NCBI GenBank assembly: GCA_034723315.1
Contig: JAYEOV010000058.1
Coordinates: 1-63,842, forward strand
DNA: 63,842 nucleotides
Direction: 5' to 3'
From: Candidatus Omnitrophota bacterium
Lineage (GTDB): Bacteria > Omnitrophota > Gorgyraeia > Tantalellales > Tantalellaceae
Shown here: piece after piece, positions 54,529 to 63,842 of the stretch
Layout: each line of letters opens with the position of its first letter
Numbering within the stretch: the first letter of the stretch is position 1
Translations under genes and position numbers: made by a program
The notes under the pieces: model-generated
Database searches by the model: none
What the model saw: the letters and a program-made list of their open reading frames with translations, nothing else
What the model was told of the DNA's origin: nothing

Positions 54529-55908
54529 TTATTTCCCGCTTAACTTCTTCTTCCAGCGTTTTATTTCTTTCTTCACGAACTCGGGATTGGTGCTGCCCGT
54601 TGTCTTTTTCATCGTAACGGAAGTCTCGGAATTCAAAAGCCCGTATACATCCTCTTCAAGTTTTTCCGAAAAATCCCTGAGTTCCGATATTGAAAGGTCG
54701 GAAATATTCATGCCGTTCTCGGCGCAATGTTTCACAATGCTCCCTACTACCTTGTGCGCGTCAGCGAACGCCACTCCTTTGCGCACAAGATATTCCGCCA
54801 GGTCGGTCGCGTAAATAAACTCGTCCTCAAGCGCTTTCGACGCGGCTTCCTTCTTAAGACTGACCGTTCTGACAAGGCCTATCATGATGACAAGTTCCGC
54901 GGAGACCAGCTCAACTGATTCAAACAGCGGTTTCTTATCCTCCTGCAGGTCCCTGTTATATGAATGCGGCAGCCCTTTCAGAAGAACAAGCACCGAGTTC
55001 AGCGCCCCGATCACCTGTGAGGACTTACCGCGAATAAGTTCCAGGACATCCGGATTCTTCTTCTGGGGCATAAGGGAACTTCCGGTGCAGTATTCCTCCC
55101 CGATATCAAGAAACCCGAACTCAGGAGTGCTGTATATTATAAAGTCTTCGCTCATCCTTGAGAGGTGAACGGCGATAAAACACAACGCGGCAATGAGTTC
55201 CGCGATAAAGTCCCTGTCGCTAACAGCATCAATGCTGTTAGCGGAAATATTCTTGAACCCGAGTTTTTCCGCTATGAACTTGCGGTCAAGTTGCAGCGCT
55301 GAACCGGCGATAGCCCCTGACCCCATGACGGAAATATCCAGGCGATCATCCGCGTCCTCGAGTCGCTGGTGATCACGTTGAAGCATCTCAACATAGGCCA
55401 TCGCCAGATGCGCGAAAAGCACCGGCTGCGCCCGGTTCAGGTGCGTATAACCCGGGATGACCATATCCGTTGCCTTCTCCGCGAGCTCGACCAGGGCTTT
55501 TTGAAGATACGCGACCTGCCCCTTTACGCGGTCTATGCTGTCCCTGCAATACAGACGAACATCGTTCACTACCTGTTCGTTGCGAGACCTGCCCGTATGC
55601 AGCTTCTTTGCCGCTTCGGGGGCTTTGCTCTCAACATAGTCCTGTATGGCCGAATGTATATCCTCATGATCACCGGGAGCGAAAGTCCCTTCTTCTATCT
55701 TCAGGGACAGTTCATCCAGCGCGCCGAGAAGTTCTTTCTTCTCGGCGTCCGCAATGAACCCGCACTTTGAGAGCATCTCGACCTGGACCTTGCTGCTCAG
55801 ACAATCGTATTTGGCAAGTATCCTGTCTATATCGAGGCTGGACGTGAACCTCATGACGTCAGGATCCATATCCTTCTTTTCAAACCTCCCTCCCCATAAC
55901 TGCGTCAT
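54529..55908 (-). CDS. argH: Argininosuccinate lyase
   Basis: LWGGRF, LHTGRSRNEQ, PGYTHL..AQP, GSSLMPQKKNPD, YNRDLQEDK. Confidence 0.97.
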   Translation of the reverse strand: MTQLWGGRFEKKDMDPDVMRFTSSLDIDRILAKYDCLSSKVQVEMLSKCGFIADAEKKELLGALDELSLKIEEGTFAPGDHEDIHSAIQDYVESKAPEAAKKLHTGRSRNEQVVNDVRLYCRDSIDRVKGQVAYLQKALVELAEKATDMVIPGYTHLNRAQPVLFAHLAMAYVEMLQRDHQRLEDADDRLDISVMGSGAIAGSALQLDRKFIAEKLGFKNISANSIDAVSDRDFIAELIAALCFIAVHLSRMSEDFIIYSTPEFGFLDIGEEYCTGSSLMPQKKNPDVLELIRGKSSQVIGALNSVLVLLKGLPHSYNRDLQEDKKPLFESVELVSAELVIMIGLVRTVSLKKEAASKALEDEFIYATDLAEYLVRKGVAFADAHKVVGSIVKHCAENGMNISDLSISELRDFSEKLEEDVYGLLNSETSVTMKKTTGSTNPEFVKKEIKRWKKKLSGK

Positions 55909-55914
55909 CGCGAC

Positions 55915-56012
55915 TCCTTGTTTCGTGTTTCGTGTTTCGTGAATCGTATTTTGCGAATATCCCCATTCACCATTCGCTAACGACTATTCACTAACGACTA
56001 ACGACTATTCAC
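55915..56012. repeat. Heptamer tandem tract (TTTCGTG and ACTAACG/CTATTCA units)
   Basis: tttcgtgtttcgtgtttcgtg ... ctaacgactattcactaacgactaacgactattcacta. Confidence 0.75.
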
Positions 56013-57190
56013 TATTTATATGGCATAGCCCACAGATCGATAAATCCCTTCGCCAGCGACTGGTCAAAGACGTCGCCCTTCCCGTAAGTAGCCAGCTGTA
56101 TCTTGTACCTTGAGTTGCGGCTTTTCCTTCCGCAAACGGTCGCGTTCCCCTTGTAAAGTTTTATCTTCACGTCTCCCGAAACCTTTTCCTGAGTGCTGTC
56201 GATAAAAGCGTCCAGCGACTCCTTCAGGGGTGTGAACCACAAACCGTAATAGACGAGTTCCGAATAACGCTGCGCGACGGCTTGTTTATACCTGCGCGTT
56301 TCCCTGTCAAGAACGAGTTCCTCGAGGGCGGAATGCCCGGCATAAAGGATCGCGGAGGCGGGGGATTCGTATACCTCACGGGATTTTATCCCGACCAGCC
56401 GGTCCTCTATCATGTCGACCCTCCCTATCCCGTGCTTCGCTCCCATCTCGTTAAGCCTGCCGACAAGACGCACGGCATCGTACTTCCTGCCGCCCAGGGC
56501 CACGGGAACGCCCTTTTTGAACGTAACGGTAACGTATTGCGCCCTGGAAGGCGCGTCCTCCAGTCTGGCAACGCCGATAAAAGAGTCTTTCGGCGGTTCG
56601 TTCCACGGGTCTTCCAGCTTTCCCCCTTCAACACTCAGGCCCCAGAGGTTGCTGTCTATGCTGTACAGCTTCTTTCTGGTCTGTTCTATCGGTATACCGT
56701 GTTTTTTTGCGTAATCTATCTCGGATTCGCGCGTTGTAAGTTCCCACTCGCGGACTGGCGCTATCACTTTGACCCCGGGCATCTTTAAATGGAACGTGAC
56801 CTCGAAGCGCACCTGATCGTTCCCTTTTCCGGTGCACCCGTGAGCCACTGCGTAAGCGTTCTCTTTCCCGGCGACGCCTACCATGGCTTCGGCTATGATA
56901 GGGCGTGAAAGCGCCGTGGCCAGGTTATACTTGCCCTGGTACAGGGCTCCCGCCTTGAGGGTCCGGAAAGCGTATTCTTCCAGGAACTTTTTTTTAAGGT
57001 CGCCTACGATGCACTTCTTCGCGCCGATCTTAAGAGCGCGCTTCCGGCTCCTTTCGACATCCGATCCCTGCCCCACATCGCCCATGTAGCAGACGACTTC
57101 GTGCCCGCGTTCCATAAGCCATTTTATAGCCACGGAGGTGTCAAGCCCCCCGGAATAAGCCAGTATCACTTTTTTGTTCTTCTTCGCCAT
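56012..57190 (-). CDS. argG: Argininosuccinate synthase
   Basis: LAYSGGLDTS, LATALSRP, HGCTGKGNDQVRFE, YSIDSNLWG, GIKSREVYE; start ATG 57190. Confidence 0.97.
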   Translation of the reverse strand: MAKKNKKVILAYSGGLDTSVAIKWLMERGHEVVCYMGDVGQGSDVERSRKRALKIGAKKCIVGDLKKKFLEEYAFRTLKAGALYQGKYNLATALSRPIIAEAMVGVAGKENAYAVAHGCTGKGNDQVRFEVTFHLKMPGVKVIAPVREWELTTRESEIDYAKKHGIPIEQTRKKLYSIDSNLWGLSVEGGKLEDPWNEPPKDSFIGVARLEDAPSRAQYVTVTFKKGVPVALGGRKYDAVRLVGRLNEMGAKHGIGRVDMIEDRLVGIKSREVYESPASAILYAGHSALEELVLDRETRRYKQAVAQRYSELVYYGLWFTPLKESLDAFIDSTQEKVSGDVKIKLYKGNATVCGRKSRNSRYKIQLATYGKGDVFDQSLAKGFIDLWAMPYK

Positions 57191-57207
57191 GGTATATCTC
57201 CTGTTCA

Positions 57208-58128
57208 CTATCCCTGTCCCAGCAGCTTAAGCAGGATCGCTTTCTGAACGTGCATCCTGTTTTCCGCCTGGTCATAAACTATGGAATTTTTTCCGTCGAT
57301 CACGTCCGTTATTTCCTCGCCGCGATGCGCGGGAAGACAGTGCATTATCAGCGCGCCTTCCCTGGCTTTCCTCATAAGCTGCTGGTTAACCTGAAAGCCC
57401 CTAAAATCCTCCAGGCGCCTTTCCCTTTCTTCTTCATGCCCCATGCTTATCCATGCGTCGGTATAAACGATATCACAACCCTCGACGGCCTTGCCCGGGT
57501 CATCGAACATCTCGAAAACAGCGCCCGTACCACCGGCTATCCTGGAAGTCTCTTCAAAGAGGTCCTTCGGCGGCCCATATCCCTCAGGGGTAGCTACCCT
57601 CAGGCTTATCCCTGTCTTGGCGCACGCCGTAAGCAATGAATTCAGCACGTTATTACCGTCGCCGATATACGCCAGCGTGACCTTCCTGAGCTTTTTTTTC
57701 TTTTCCATTATGGTGAAGATATCGCTCAGCGCCTGGCACGGGTGCGAAAAATCGGATAAACCGTTTATCACGGGAACGTCGGAATAGCGGGCAAGGCTCA
57801 CAATGTCCTGGTGTGAAAATACCCTTGCCACGATACCGTCCACATAACGCGAGACCACGCTCCCGACGTCCCTGACCGGCTCCCTCGTCCCCATCCTGAT
57901 CTCCCTGGGGCTCAGATACAAAACATGCCCGCCGAGATGGACCATCGCCACTTCAAAAGATATCCTCGTCCTGTTAGACGGTTTCTGGAACAAAAGAGCG
58001 AGGGTCCTGTCCCTGAGCGCCCTTTTCCGCGAGAGCGGAGACTTCTTCAGCTTGCGCGCAAGCTTCATTATGTTGAATATCTCCCTGCGGCTCAGGCTCT
58101 CAAGCGTTATAAGATCTCTTTTCTTCAT
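57208..58128 (-). CDS. argF: Ornithine carbamoyltransferase
   Basis: FQKPSNRTRISFE, HPCQALSD, GDGNN, YTDAWISMG, MHCLPAHRGEE. Confidence 0.96.
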   Translation of the reverse strand: MKKRDLITLESLSRREIFNIMKLARKLKKSPLSRKRALRDRTLALLFQKPSNRTRISFEVAMVHLGGHVLYLSPREIRMGTREPVRDVGSVVSRYVDGIVARVFSHQDIVSLARYSDVPVINGLSDFSHPCQALSDIFTIMEKKKKLRKVTLAYIGDGNNVLNSLLTACAKTGISLRVATPEGYGPPKDLFEETSRIAGGTGAVFEMFDDPGKAVEGCDIVYTDAWISMGHEEERERRLEDFRGFQVNQQLMRKAREGALIMHCLPAHRGEEITDVIDGKNSIVYDQAENRMHVQKAILLKLLGQG

Positions 58129-59309
58129 ATCCTCTCCAGTGACTTTGAAAGTTTTTCGACTGCCATGTCTACGTGTTCTCTTGTTACGGTAATAGGCGGC
58201 ATTATTCGCAGCACGTTTTTCTGCGTGCAGTTTATCAACAGCCCTTCTTTAGTGCATTCTTCGGCGACACCGGACGCGTCCTCAACTTTCAATTTTACGC
58301 CTATCATGAGACCTATACCTTTTATCGTTTCTATGATCCCTTTTGACCGCTTCAGATCCTCCAGCCGCGAGACCAGGTATTCTCCCATCCTGACCGCGTT
58401 CTCCAAAAGGCCGTCCTCCTCTATCGCTTCGAACACTCCCAGGGCCGCGGCGGACACTATCGGGCTCCCGCCGAACGTGGACGCGTGGGACCCGGGCGTC
58501 AACACATCCATGAGCCTTTCACTGACGACCATAACGCCTATGGGCAGCCCTCCCCCCAACGATTTAGCCAGCGTCATGGCATCGGGTTTTATACCAAAAT
58601 GCCTGTACGCGAACATCTCGCCGGTCCGCCCCATACCGGTCTGAACCTCATCCACTATCAGGAGCATATCTTTTTCCACGCATATATCGCCAAGAGAGCG
58701 CATGTATTTCCCGTCGGGAACGTTGATGCCGCCCTCGCCCTGTATGGGTTCGATGATGACAGCGACCGTCCTGCCAGTGATCGCCGCCCTGAAAGCGTCG
58801 ATATCGTTGAACGGCACGTGCTTGAATCCTTCCGGCAGGGGAGAAAAACCCTTTTTTACTTTTTCCTGCCCGGTCGCCGTCAACGTGGCCAGAGTGCGCC
58901 CGTGGAAGGAATTCTCCATGGCTATGATCTCGTACCTTTCCGGATTACCGTACTTTCTCGCGAGTTTTATGGCGCCCTCGTTCGCTTCCGCTCCGCTGTT
59001 CGCAAAGAACACCCTTCCCGGAAAAGAATGATCTATTATCTTCCTGGCCAGGAGCGGCTGCACGTCGCTGTAGTAATTGTTAGACACGTGCAGGATCCTC
59101 TCCATCTGTTCCCCGAGCCTTTTAATAACCCTTGGATGCCTGTGCCCTATACCGCTTACGGCCCAGCCGGGGAAAAAGTCAAGATACTTTTTCCCTTCCA
59201 CGTCCTCTACCCACACACCGTCACCTTTCACCAGGCACAGGTCCTGACGGGTGTAGGTCGGCAGCACATATTTATCGTATAATTCTTTAACCTGTTTAAA
59301 ATTTTTCAT
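58125..59309 (-). CDS. argD: Acetylornithine aminotransferase
   Basis: NSGAEANE, SFHGRT, EPIQGEGG, DEVQTG, TLAKSLGGG, HASTFGG. Confidence 0.95.
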   Translation of the reverse strand: MKNFKQVKELYDKYVLPTYTRQDLCLVKGDGVWVEDVEGKKYLDFFPGWAVSGIGHRHPRVIKRLGEQMERILHVSNNYYSDVQPLLARKIIDHSFPGRVFFANSGAEANEGAIKLARKYGNPERYEIIAMENSFHGRTLATLTATGQEKVKKGFSPLPEGFKHVPFNDIDAFRAAITGRTVAVIIEPIQGEGGINVPDGKYMRSLGDICVEKDMLLIVDEVQTGMGRTGEMFAYRHFGIKPDAMTLAKSLGGGLPIGVMVVSERLMDVLTPGSHASTFGGSPIVSAAALGVFEAIEEDGLLENAVRMGEYLVSRLEDLKRSKGIIETIKGIGLMIGVKLKVEDASGVAEECTKEGLLINCTQKNVLRIMPPITVTREHVDMAVEKLSKSLERI

Positions 59310-59317
59310 CAACACCC

Positions 59318-60178
59318 TTATTTTTCAATTTTTACTATCTCCGTCCCGATACCCTTATCAGTGAATATTTCAAGGAGCAGCGCGTGCGAAAGGTTGACAT
59401 CAACGATATGGGATTTCCGCACCCCTCCCTTCAGCGCATAAAGGCACGCCTTTGTCTTCGGCACCATGCCACCCTCAATGATCCCGGTATCTATCAGGTG
59501 TTTCGCTGTCTCCAGCGTCAAAGAGTGAAAAAGCGACCCGGGATCGTTCTTATCCTTCATGACGCCCCGGACGTTGGTCAGGACAACGAATTTTTCAGCG
59601 TCAAGGGCGATCGCGATGTTCGAAGCGGCTTCGTCCGCGTTGATATTATAAAGCTTGTTGTCCTTGCCTTTCCCGACAGGACAGACAACCGGTATCATGT
59701 TGGTCTCAAGAAGACGGTTCAGGATCGTGGTATCAACGGCTTCCACGCTACCTGCAAAACCCAGGTCCGGCCCTTCCCTCTTGACCGCTTGTATCATGTT
59801 GTTCTCTTTGCCGCTGAGCCCGAACGCTTCGCCCCCGAACGAGCTTATCTTTTCCACCAGGCTTCCGTTCAACTCCATAAGGACCGCGTCCACGACCCCC
59901 ATCGATCTCTCAGATGTCACCCTGATCCCGTCAACAAACCTGGTCTCGATCTTCGCTTCCTTGAGCCTGTCGCTTATGTTCGGGCCACCGCCATGGACCA
60001 GAACGGGCTTCATCCCGGCATAACGCATGAACACTATATCCTGCAGTATCATCGTCCTGGCCTTATCATCATGCAGGGAACTCCCACCGAACTTGATAAC
60101 AATGACCTTGTCGAAAAATTCCCTTATATACGGCAGCGCTTCTATAAGCACTTCGCTCTTTTTTATCGCCTCTTCCAT
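59318..60178 (-). CDS. argB: Acetylglutamate kinase
   Basis: LIEALPYI, IKFGG, VHGGGP, G.RVT, NINAD, GGMVPK. Confidence 0.96.
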   Translation of the reverse strand: MEEAIKKSEVLIEALPYIREFFDKVIVIKFGGSSLHDDKARTMILQDIVFMRYAGMKPVLVHGGGPNISDRLKEAKIETRFVDGIRVTSERSMGVVDAVLMELNGSLVEKISSFGGEAFGLSGKENNMIQAVKREGPDLGFAGSVEAVDTTILNRLLETNMIPVVCPVGKGKDNKLYNINADEAASNIAIALDAEKFVVLTNVRGVMKDKNDPGSLFHSLTLETAKHLIDTGIIEGGMVPKTKACLYALKGGVRKSHIVDVNLSHALLLEIFTDKGIGTEIVKIEK

Positions 60179-60189
60179 TTCGTATCCTT

Positions 60190-60248
60190 ATTCAGCTATC
60201 AGTCTTCAGCTATCAGCTTTTGGTTGTCGGCTGATAGCTGAAAGCTCA
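60190..60248. repeat. Heptamer-based hairpin (agctatcagc ... gctgatagct)
   Basis: ttcagctatcagtcttcagctatcagcttttggttgtcggctgatagctgaaagct; overlaps the argJ stop. Confidence 0.7.
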
Positions 60249-61436
60249 TGTAGTATAATACGAATTCAGCGTGATATATTTTTTTGATATATCACAGGAA
60301 TAAAAAACCGCTTCCTCTTTGCCGGAATGAAGGTCCACCAGTATGCGCACGTTCTTCTTTTTGAAGACAGCGGTCTTTTTCCGGTTCACGTGCGCTACTG
60401 CCTTGCCGCCCGTGTAAAATATCACACCGTCCAGTGATATCTCCATCTTTCCGGGGTCAAAATTCACTCCACTCGAACCGGCCGAAGAAGCTACGCGCCC
60501 CCAGTTGGGGTCCCCTCCGAGGACCGCGCATTTGACAAGCAGGGAATCCGCCACGGCTCCCGCTATCTTTTTCGCGTCAACCTTTCTCCCGGCTCCCTTC
60601 ACGCGGACCTCTATGAACTTGCTCGCGCCCTCCCCGTCCTTGACGATCATCTTGGCAAGGTCCCTGCACACGGATTCAAGCTTTCTCCTGAAAACATCAA
60701 AATCCTTTCCTTTATCCGCGATCAGTACGTTGCCGGCCTCCCCGTTAGCCAGGAGCGCAAGCGTGTCATTCGTGCTCATATCACCGTCCACCGTAATGGC
60801 ATTCAATGAGACGTCCACGCAGGCATGCAAAGCCTTTTTCAACGCTTTCCTTGAAATGTTCGCGTCCGTAAGCACGTAACCTAGCATTGTCGCCATGTCG
60901 GGCTTCACCATCCCGGCCCCCTTGGCTACACCGGTTATCGTTATCTTCCTTCCCCCCACAGTAAATACCCGGGACGAGATCTTCCGAAAACTGTCCGTGG
61001 TCATGATACCGTCCGCGGCATCCTGAAGACCTTCCCTTGAAAGTCCGGTCACGATTTTTGACATTCCCTTGATGACCGTCTTCACGGGCATCAGTTCCCC
61101 GATTATCCCGGTCGAAGACACAAGAACGGTCTCTTTAGGGACGCCCAGCAGCTTGCCCATGGCACTTGCCATGGCTCTGGCGTCCTTCATTCCCTGGCTC
61201 CCGGTCATACAATTGGCGTTTCCGCTGTTGACCACGATCGCCCTGATACCCTTGTTCTTCCTGAGCAGCTCCTGCCCTAGAATAACCGGCGCCGCTTTTA
61301 CCACGTTCCTGGTAAAAACGGCCGCTGCTCCGCAGGGTTTTTCAGAATAGAAAAGAGAAAGGTCCTTTCTCTTTTTCTTTAACCCGCAGTGTATGCCGTT
61401 AGCCTGATAACCCTTCGGTAACAAATCCTTACTCAT
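60246..61436 (-). CDS. argJ: Ornithine acetyltransferase / N-acetylglutamate synthase
   Basis: VFTRN, NSGNAN, SSTGIIG, IMTTD, AKGAGM.KPDMATML, DGDMSTND, DGEGA, DPNWGR. Confidence 0.96.
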   Translation of the reverse strand: MSKDLLPKGYQANGIHCGLKKKRKDLSLFYSEKPCGAAAVFTRNVVKAAPVILGQELLRKNKGIRAIVVNSGNANCMTGSQGMKDARAMASAMGKLLGVPKETVLVSSTGIIGELMPVKTVIKGMSKIVTGLSREGLQDAADGIMTTDSFRKISSRVFTVGGRKITITGVAKGAGMVKPDMATMLGYVLTDANISRKALKKALHACVDVSLNAITVDGDMSTNDTLALLANGEAGNVLIADKGKDFDVFRRKLESVCRDLAKMIVKDGEGASKFIEVRVKGAGRKVDAKKIAGAVADSLLVKCAVLGGDPNWGRVASSAGSSGVNFDPGKMEISLDGVIFYTGGKAVAHVNRKKTAVFKKKNVRILVDLHSGKEEAVFYSCDISKKYITLNSYYTT

Positions 61437-61485
61437 CGTTTTCTCAACTATCCGTTCAGTTGTACAATATATTACGCTGACGGCC

Positions 61486-62499
61486 CTAAATAAGCCCCGT
61501 CCGTTCGTCCAGACCGTACATTATATTCATGTTCTGTACGGCCTGGCCGCTCGCGCCCTTCAGGAGATTATCGATCACGGAAACCACTATCAGCATGCCG
61601 CGAACTACCGTGATACCGATATCGCAGAAATTGGTCCCTATGACATCCTGTATCTGCGGCATCTCCCCCGGAGGACGCAACCTCACAAAAGGCTCATCCT
61701 GATAACGCCCCTTGTATATCTGATATATCTCCTCCGCTTCCGGTAATCCTTTATGCCGGATATAGATCGTGGAAAGTATACCTTTCCTGACGGGCAGAAG
61801 GTGCGGCGTAAAATTCACCCTGACCTCAGCCCCTGCCACACCCGAAAGCACGTGCTCCATCTCCGGCATATGCTGATGTTCGTTGGGCTTATAACATTTT
61901 ACGTTCTCATCTACCTCCCCGAAAGAGAGGGGGATGGATGCTTTCCTGCCGGCACCGGTGGCCCCGCTCTTCGCATCGACTATCACATCCAGGCCCGATT
62001 CCGAAAGCATCCTGACTATCGGTAAGAGAGCGAGTATGACCCCGGTCGGGTAACATCCCGGATTGGCCACGAATTGTGCCCGTTTGATCTCGTTCCTGTT
62101 GATCTCCGGCAGACCATACACGGCGGAACTCAGGTTGCCCGTATCAGCATGCCTGGTTTTATACCATTCCTCGTACATCTCCACGGGCAAGCGGTAATCA
62201 GCGCTCAAGTCTATGACCTTTTTGCCTTTTTCAAGGAATTCAGGCGCGACCTTCATGGAAACCGTATGGGGAAGCGCCAGGAATACCAGATCACTTCCGG
62301 TAGAAACAGATTCTACCTCAAGATTCCTGCAAAAGAGATCGATCTTCTTGCCGAATTTCGGGTAAAGATCCGAGAACTTCATCTCTTCATCGACAAGTGC
62401 CGACAAGGAAGTTATTTCAACTTCCGGGTTCTTTAGAAGAACTCCCACCAGTTCTTCACCCGTATATCCTGTCGCGCCGACCACTCCAACCTTTATCAT
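61486..62499 (-). CDS. argC: N-acetyl-gamma-glutamyl-phosphate reductase
   Basis: GATGYTG, ALPH, DLSADYR, ANPGCYPT, SGATGAGR, IDNLLKGASGQA. Confidence 0.97.
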   Translation of the reverse strand: MIKVGVVGATGYTGEELVGVLLKNPEVEITSLSALVDEEMKFSDLYPKFGKKIDLFCRNLEVESVSTGSDLVFLALPHTVSMKVAPEFLEKGKKVIDLSADYRLPVEMYEEWYKTRHADTGNLSSAVYGLPEINRNEIKRAQFVANPGCYPTGVILALLPIVRMLSESGLDVIVDAKSGATGAGRKASIPLSFGEVDENVKCYKPNEHQHMPEMEHVLSGVAGAEVRVNFTPHLLPVRKGILSTIYIRHKGLPEAEEIYQIYKGRYQDEPFVRLRPPGEMPQIQDVIGTNFCDIGITVVRGMLIVVSVIDNLLKGASGQAVQNMNIMYGLDERTGLI

Positions 62500-62580
62500 C
62501 GACTTCTCCTTCTTTACTATTAAATGCTGTTTTTATTAAACTTATAGGTGATTAAGGGTTTTTAAATGTTTTAAAAGTTA

Positions 62581-62609
62581 AATATAAGATAAATGTCCTG
62601 CCATGTCAA
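62581..62609 (-). promoter_or_regulatory. Sigma70 promoter of the arg-lys run
   Basis: TTGACA-17 bp-TATATT. Confidence 0.7.
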
Positions 62610-62622
62610 GTGAAACCCTGCT

Positions 62623-62654
62623 AAAAAAAAAGGCCACGCTTAAGCGTGGCCTTT
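62623..62654 (-). terminator. Rho-independent terminator of rplM-rpsI
   Basis: aaaggccacgc-ttaa-gcgtggccttt stem followed by a T9 run on the minus strand. Confidence 0.9.
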
Positions 62655-62676
62655 GAAGCCTTAACTCAAGCAATTT

Positions 62677-63072
62677 CTAACGTTTTGAGAACTGGAAGTG
62701 TTTCCGTGCCCGCTTCTGTCCATATTTCTTCCGTTCTTTTGTCCTGGGATCCCGCGTAAGGAACCCTGCTTTCTTCAGGGTGATCCTCAGGTTCTCGTCG
62801 CTTTTGATCAGGGCTCTTGCGATCCCGTGCTTCAAAGCCCCTGCCTGACCGCTGGCACCTCCTCCTGAGACCGTGACAAAAATGTCGAACTTGCCTGAAG
62901 TCCCCGTGACCCCCATGGGCTGCGACACGACTATCCTGTGCGTCTCCCTGGGAAAATAGTTCTCAAAATCCCTTTTATTGACCTTTATCTTCCCTTTTCC
63001 CGGGCGCAGTCTCACCCTGGCAACCGATTCTTTCCGCCTTCCGACAGCTATGTATTCCACAATTTCTCCCAT
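62677..63072 (-). CDS. rpsI: 30S ribosomal protein S9
   Basis: [43 protein letters not shown]. Confidence 0.98.
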   Translation of the reverse strand: MGEIVEYIAVGRRKESVARVRLRPGKGKIKVNKRDFENYFPRETHRIVVSQPMGVTGTSGKFDIFVTVSGGGASGQAGALKHGIARALIKSDENLRITLKKAGFLTRDPRTKERKKYGQKRARKHFQFSKR

Positions 63073-63086
63073 TAAATATCCCGCGT

Positions 63087-63518
63087 TTATACCTTCTTTT
63101 CCTTCGGCACCTGGGCCGCGTGGGGATGCTCCCCTCCGATATAGATCTTCAATCTCCTGAGCATGCGCGTGCCGATCTTGTTCTTGGGAAGCATACCTTT
63201 CACGGCATGCTTCAGAACATATTTCGGGTCCTTTTCGAACATATTTTTATAGACCGTCTCTTTCTGACCGCTGGGATATCCTGAAAACCGCTTATAGACC
63301 TTCTGATCTCCCTTTCTTCCGGTCACCCTTAATTTCTCACAATTTATAACGATAACCCCGGCCCCGCAGTCTACATGAGGGGTAAAGTCGGAACGATGCT
63401 TGCCCCTGATCAAATGGGCTATTCCGGTAGCCGCTCTCCCCAGGATCTTGTCAGCCACATCGACCACATACCATTCATGGTCTACCTCTTCGCGCTTTAA
63501 CATCATTGTTTTCATCAT
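63087..63518 (-). CDS. rplM: 50S ribosomal protein L13
   Basis: [36 protein letters not shown]; start ATG 63518 or 63515. Confidence 0.97.
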   Translation of the reverse strand: MMKTMMLKREEVDHEWYVVDVADKILGRAATGIAHLIRGKHRSDFTPHVDCGAGVIVINCEKLRVTGRKGDQKVYKRFSGYPSGQKETVYKNMFEKDPKYVLKHAVKGMLPKNKIGTRMLRRLKIYIGGEHPHAAQVPKEKKV

Positions 63519-63636
63519 AATATATCTTATCTTTTTTACCCGGACCTTCCAAGACAAGATCAGCCGAAACGTACTTCTCGTTCCACCCACGCTGACAGGG
63601 ATATAATGAAGATAAAATCAGCGTTTCAGAATTGTA

Positions 63637-63665
63637 AAATTAACATATTCAGCAGGGTTTGTCAA
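63637..63665 (-). promoter_or_regulatory. Sigma70 promoter of rplM-rpsI
   Basis: TTGACA-17 bp-TAATTT with an extended TG. Confidence 0.6.
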
Positions 63666-63735
63666 GCGTTATTGAATTGCTGAATTGCTCTGAAAAACGA
63701 ATCGATTTTTCAGTGGGTGCTAAACTTTTGTTTAG

Positions 63736-63842
63736 AAGCCATTTCATAACCCGGTTCGTAACGAGGCTGAGCGAAAAAGCCTTTAGCAAGGCCTGAGGGG
63801 CAAAAAGCCCGGAAACGTAGCCGGTGCGCTACGTTGAGGACT
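63736..63842 (+). mobile_element. MITE family A copy, more diverged, cut by the window end
   Basis: ttag|aagccatttcataacccggtt ... ggaaacgtagccggtgcgctacgttgagga. Confidence 0.85.

Noticed and set aside
62500-62580. ARG boxes upstream of argC
   Set aside because: AT-rich, but no convincing tandem 18-bp palindromes, and no argR in the window.

Overview
Mostly a core-genome segment of a bacterium with about 50-60% GC in its housekeeping genes (spot counts). Protein style and gene order suggest Candidatus Omnitrophota or a related PVC lineage; this is inference. Nearly all genes lie on the minus strand. Core content: rplM-rpsI; a long argCJBDFGH-lysA-dapF-dapA-dapB-dapL-folK-panC-nadA-nadX run; Na/Pi cotransporter, guaB3, dnaE, HU/IHF, hisS, aspS; phoH-7TM/HD-ybeY-dgkA/PAP2-DUF502-recO-glyQS-ppdK-sigma factor; an ornithine-lipid-like olsB/olsA pair; malQ and an NCS2 permease. 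The main highlight is a ~7.4 kb, largely AT-rich element at tRNA-Arg(CCT), bounded by a 46-bp direct repeat (9957-10002 / 17370-17415) covering the 5' end of the tRNA plus upstream DNA. It carries integrase and serine-recombinase relics and a compact lipid cassette: ACP, inositol-3-phosphate synthase, CDP-alcohol phosphatidyltransferase, an archaeal-type CarS (CDP-archaeol synthase family) protein, two PlsC-type acyltransferases and a GtrA protein. This reads as a possible self-contained inositol-phospholipid pathway. Other notable items are a histidine kinase with degenerate H and N boxes, a 943-aa secreted protein with putative TIKI/ChaN/EreA-like motifs, and several intergenic repeat families, including a 176-bp MITE with solo-end derivatives. 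No CRISPR array, rRNA or intact transposase was seen. All family assignments come from recognising motifs by eye, not from database searches.
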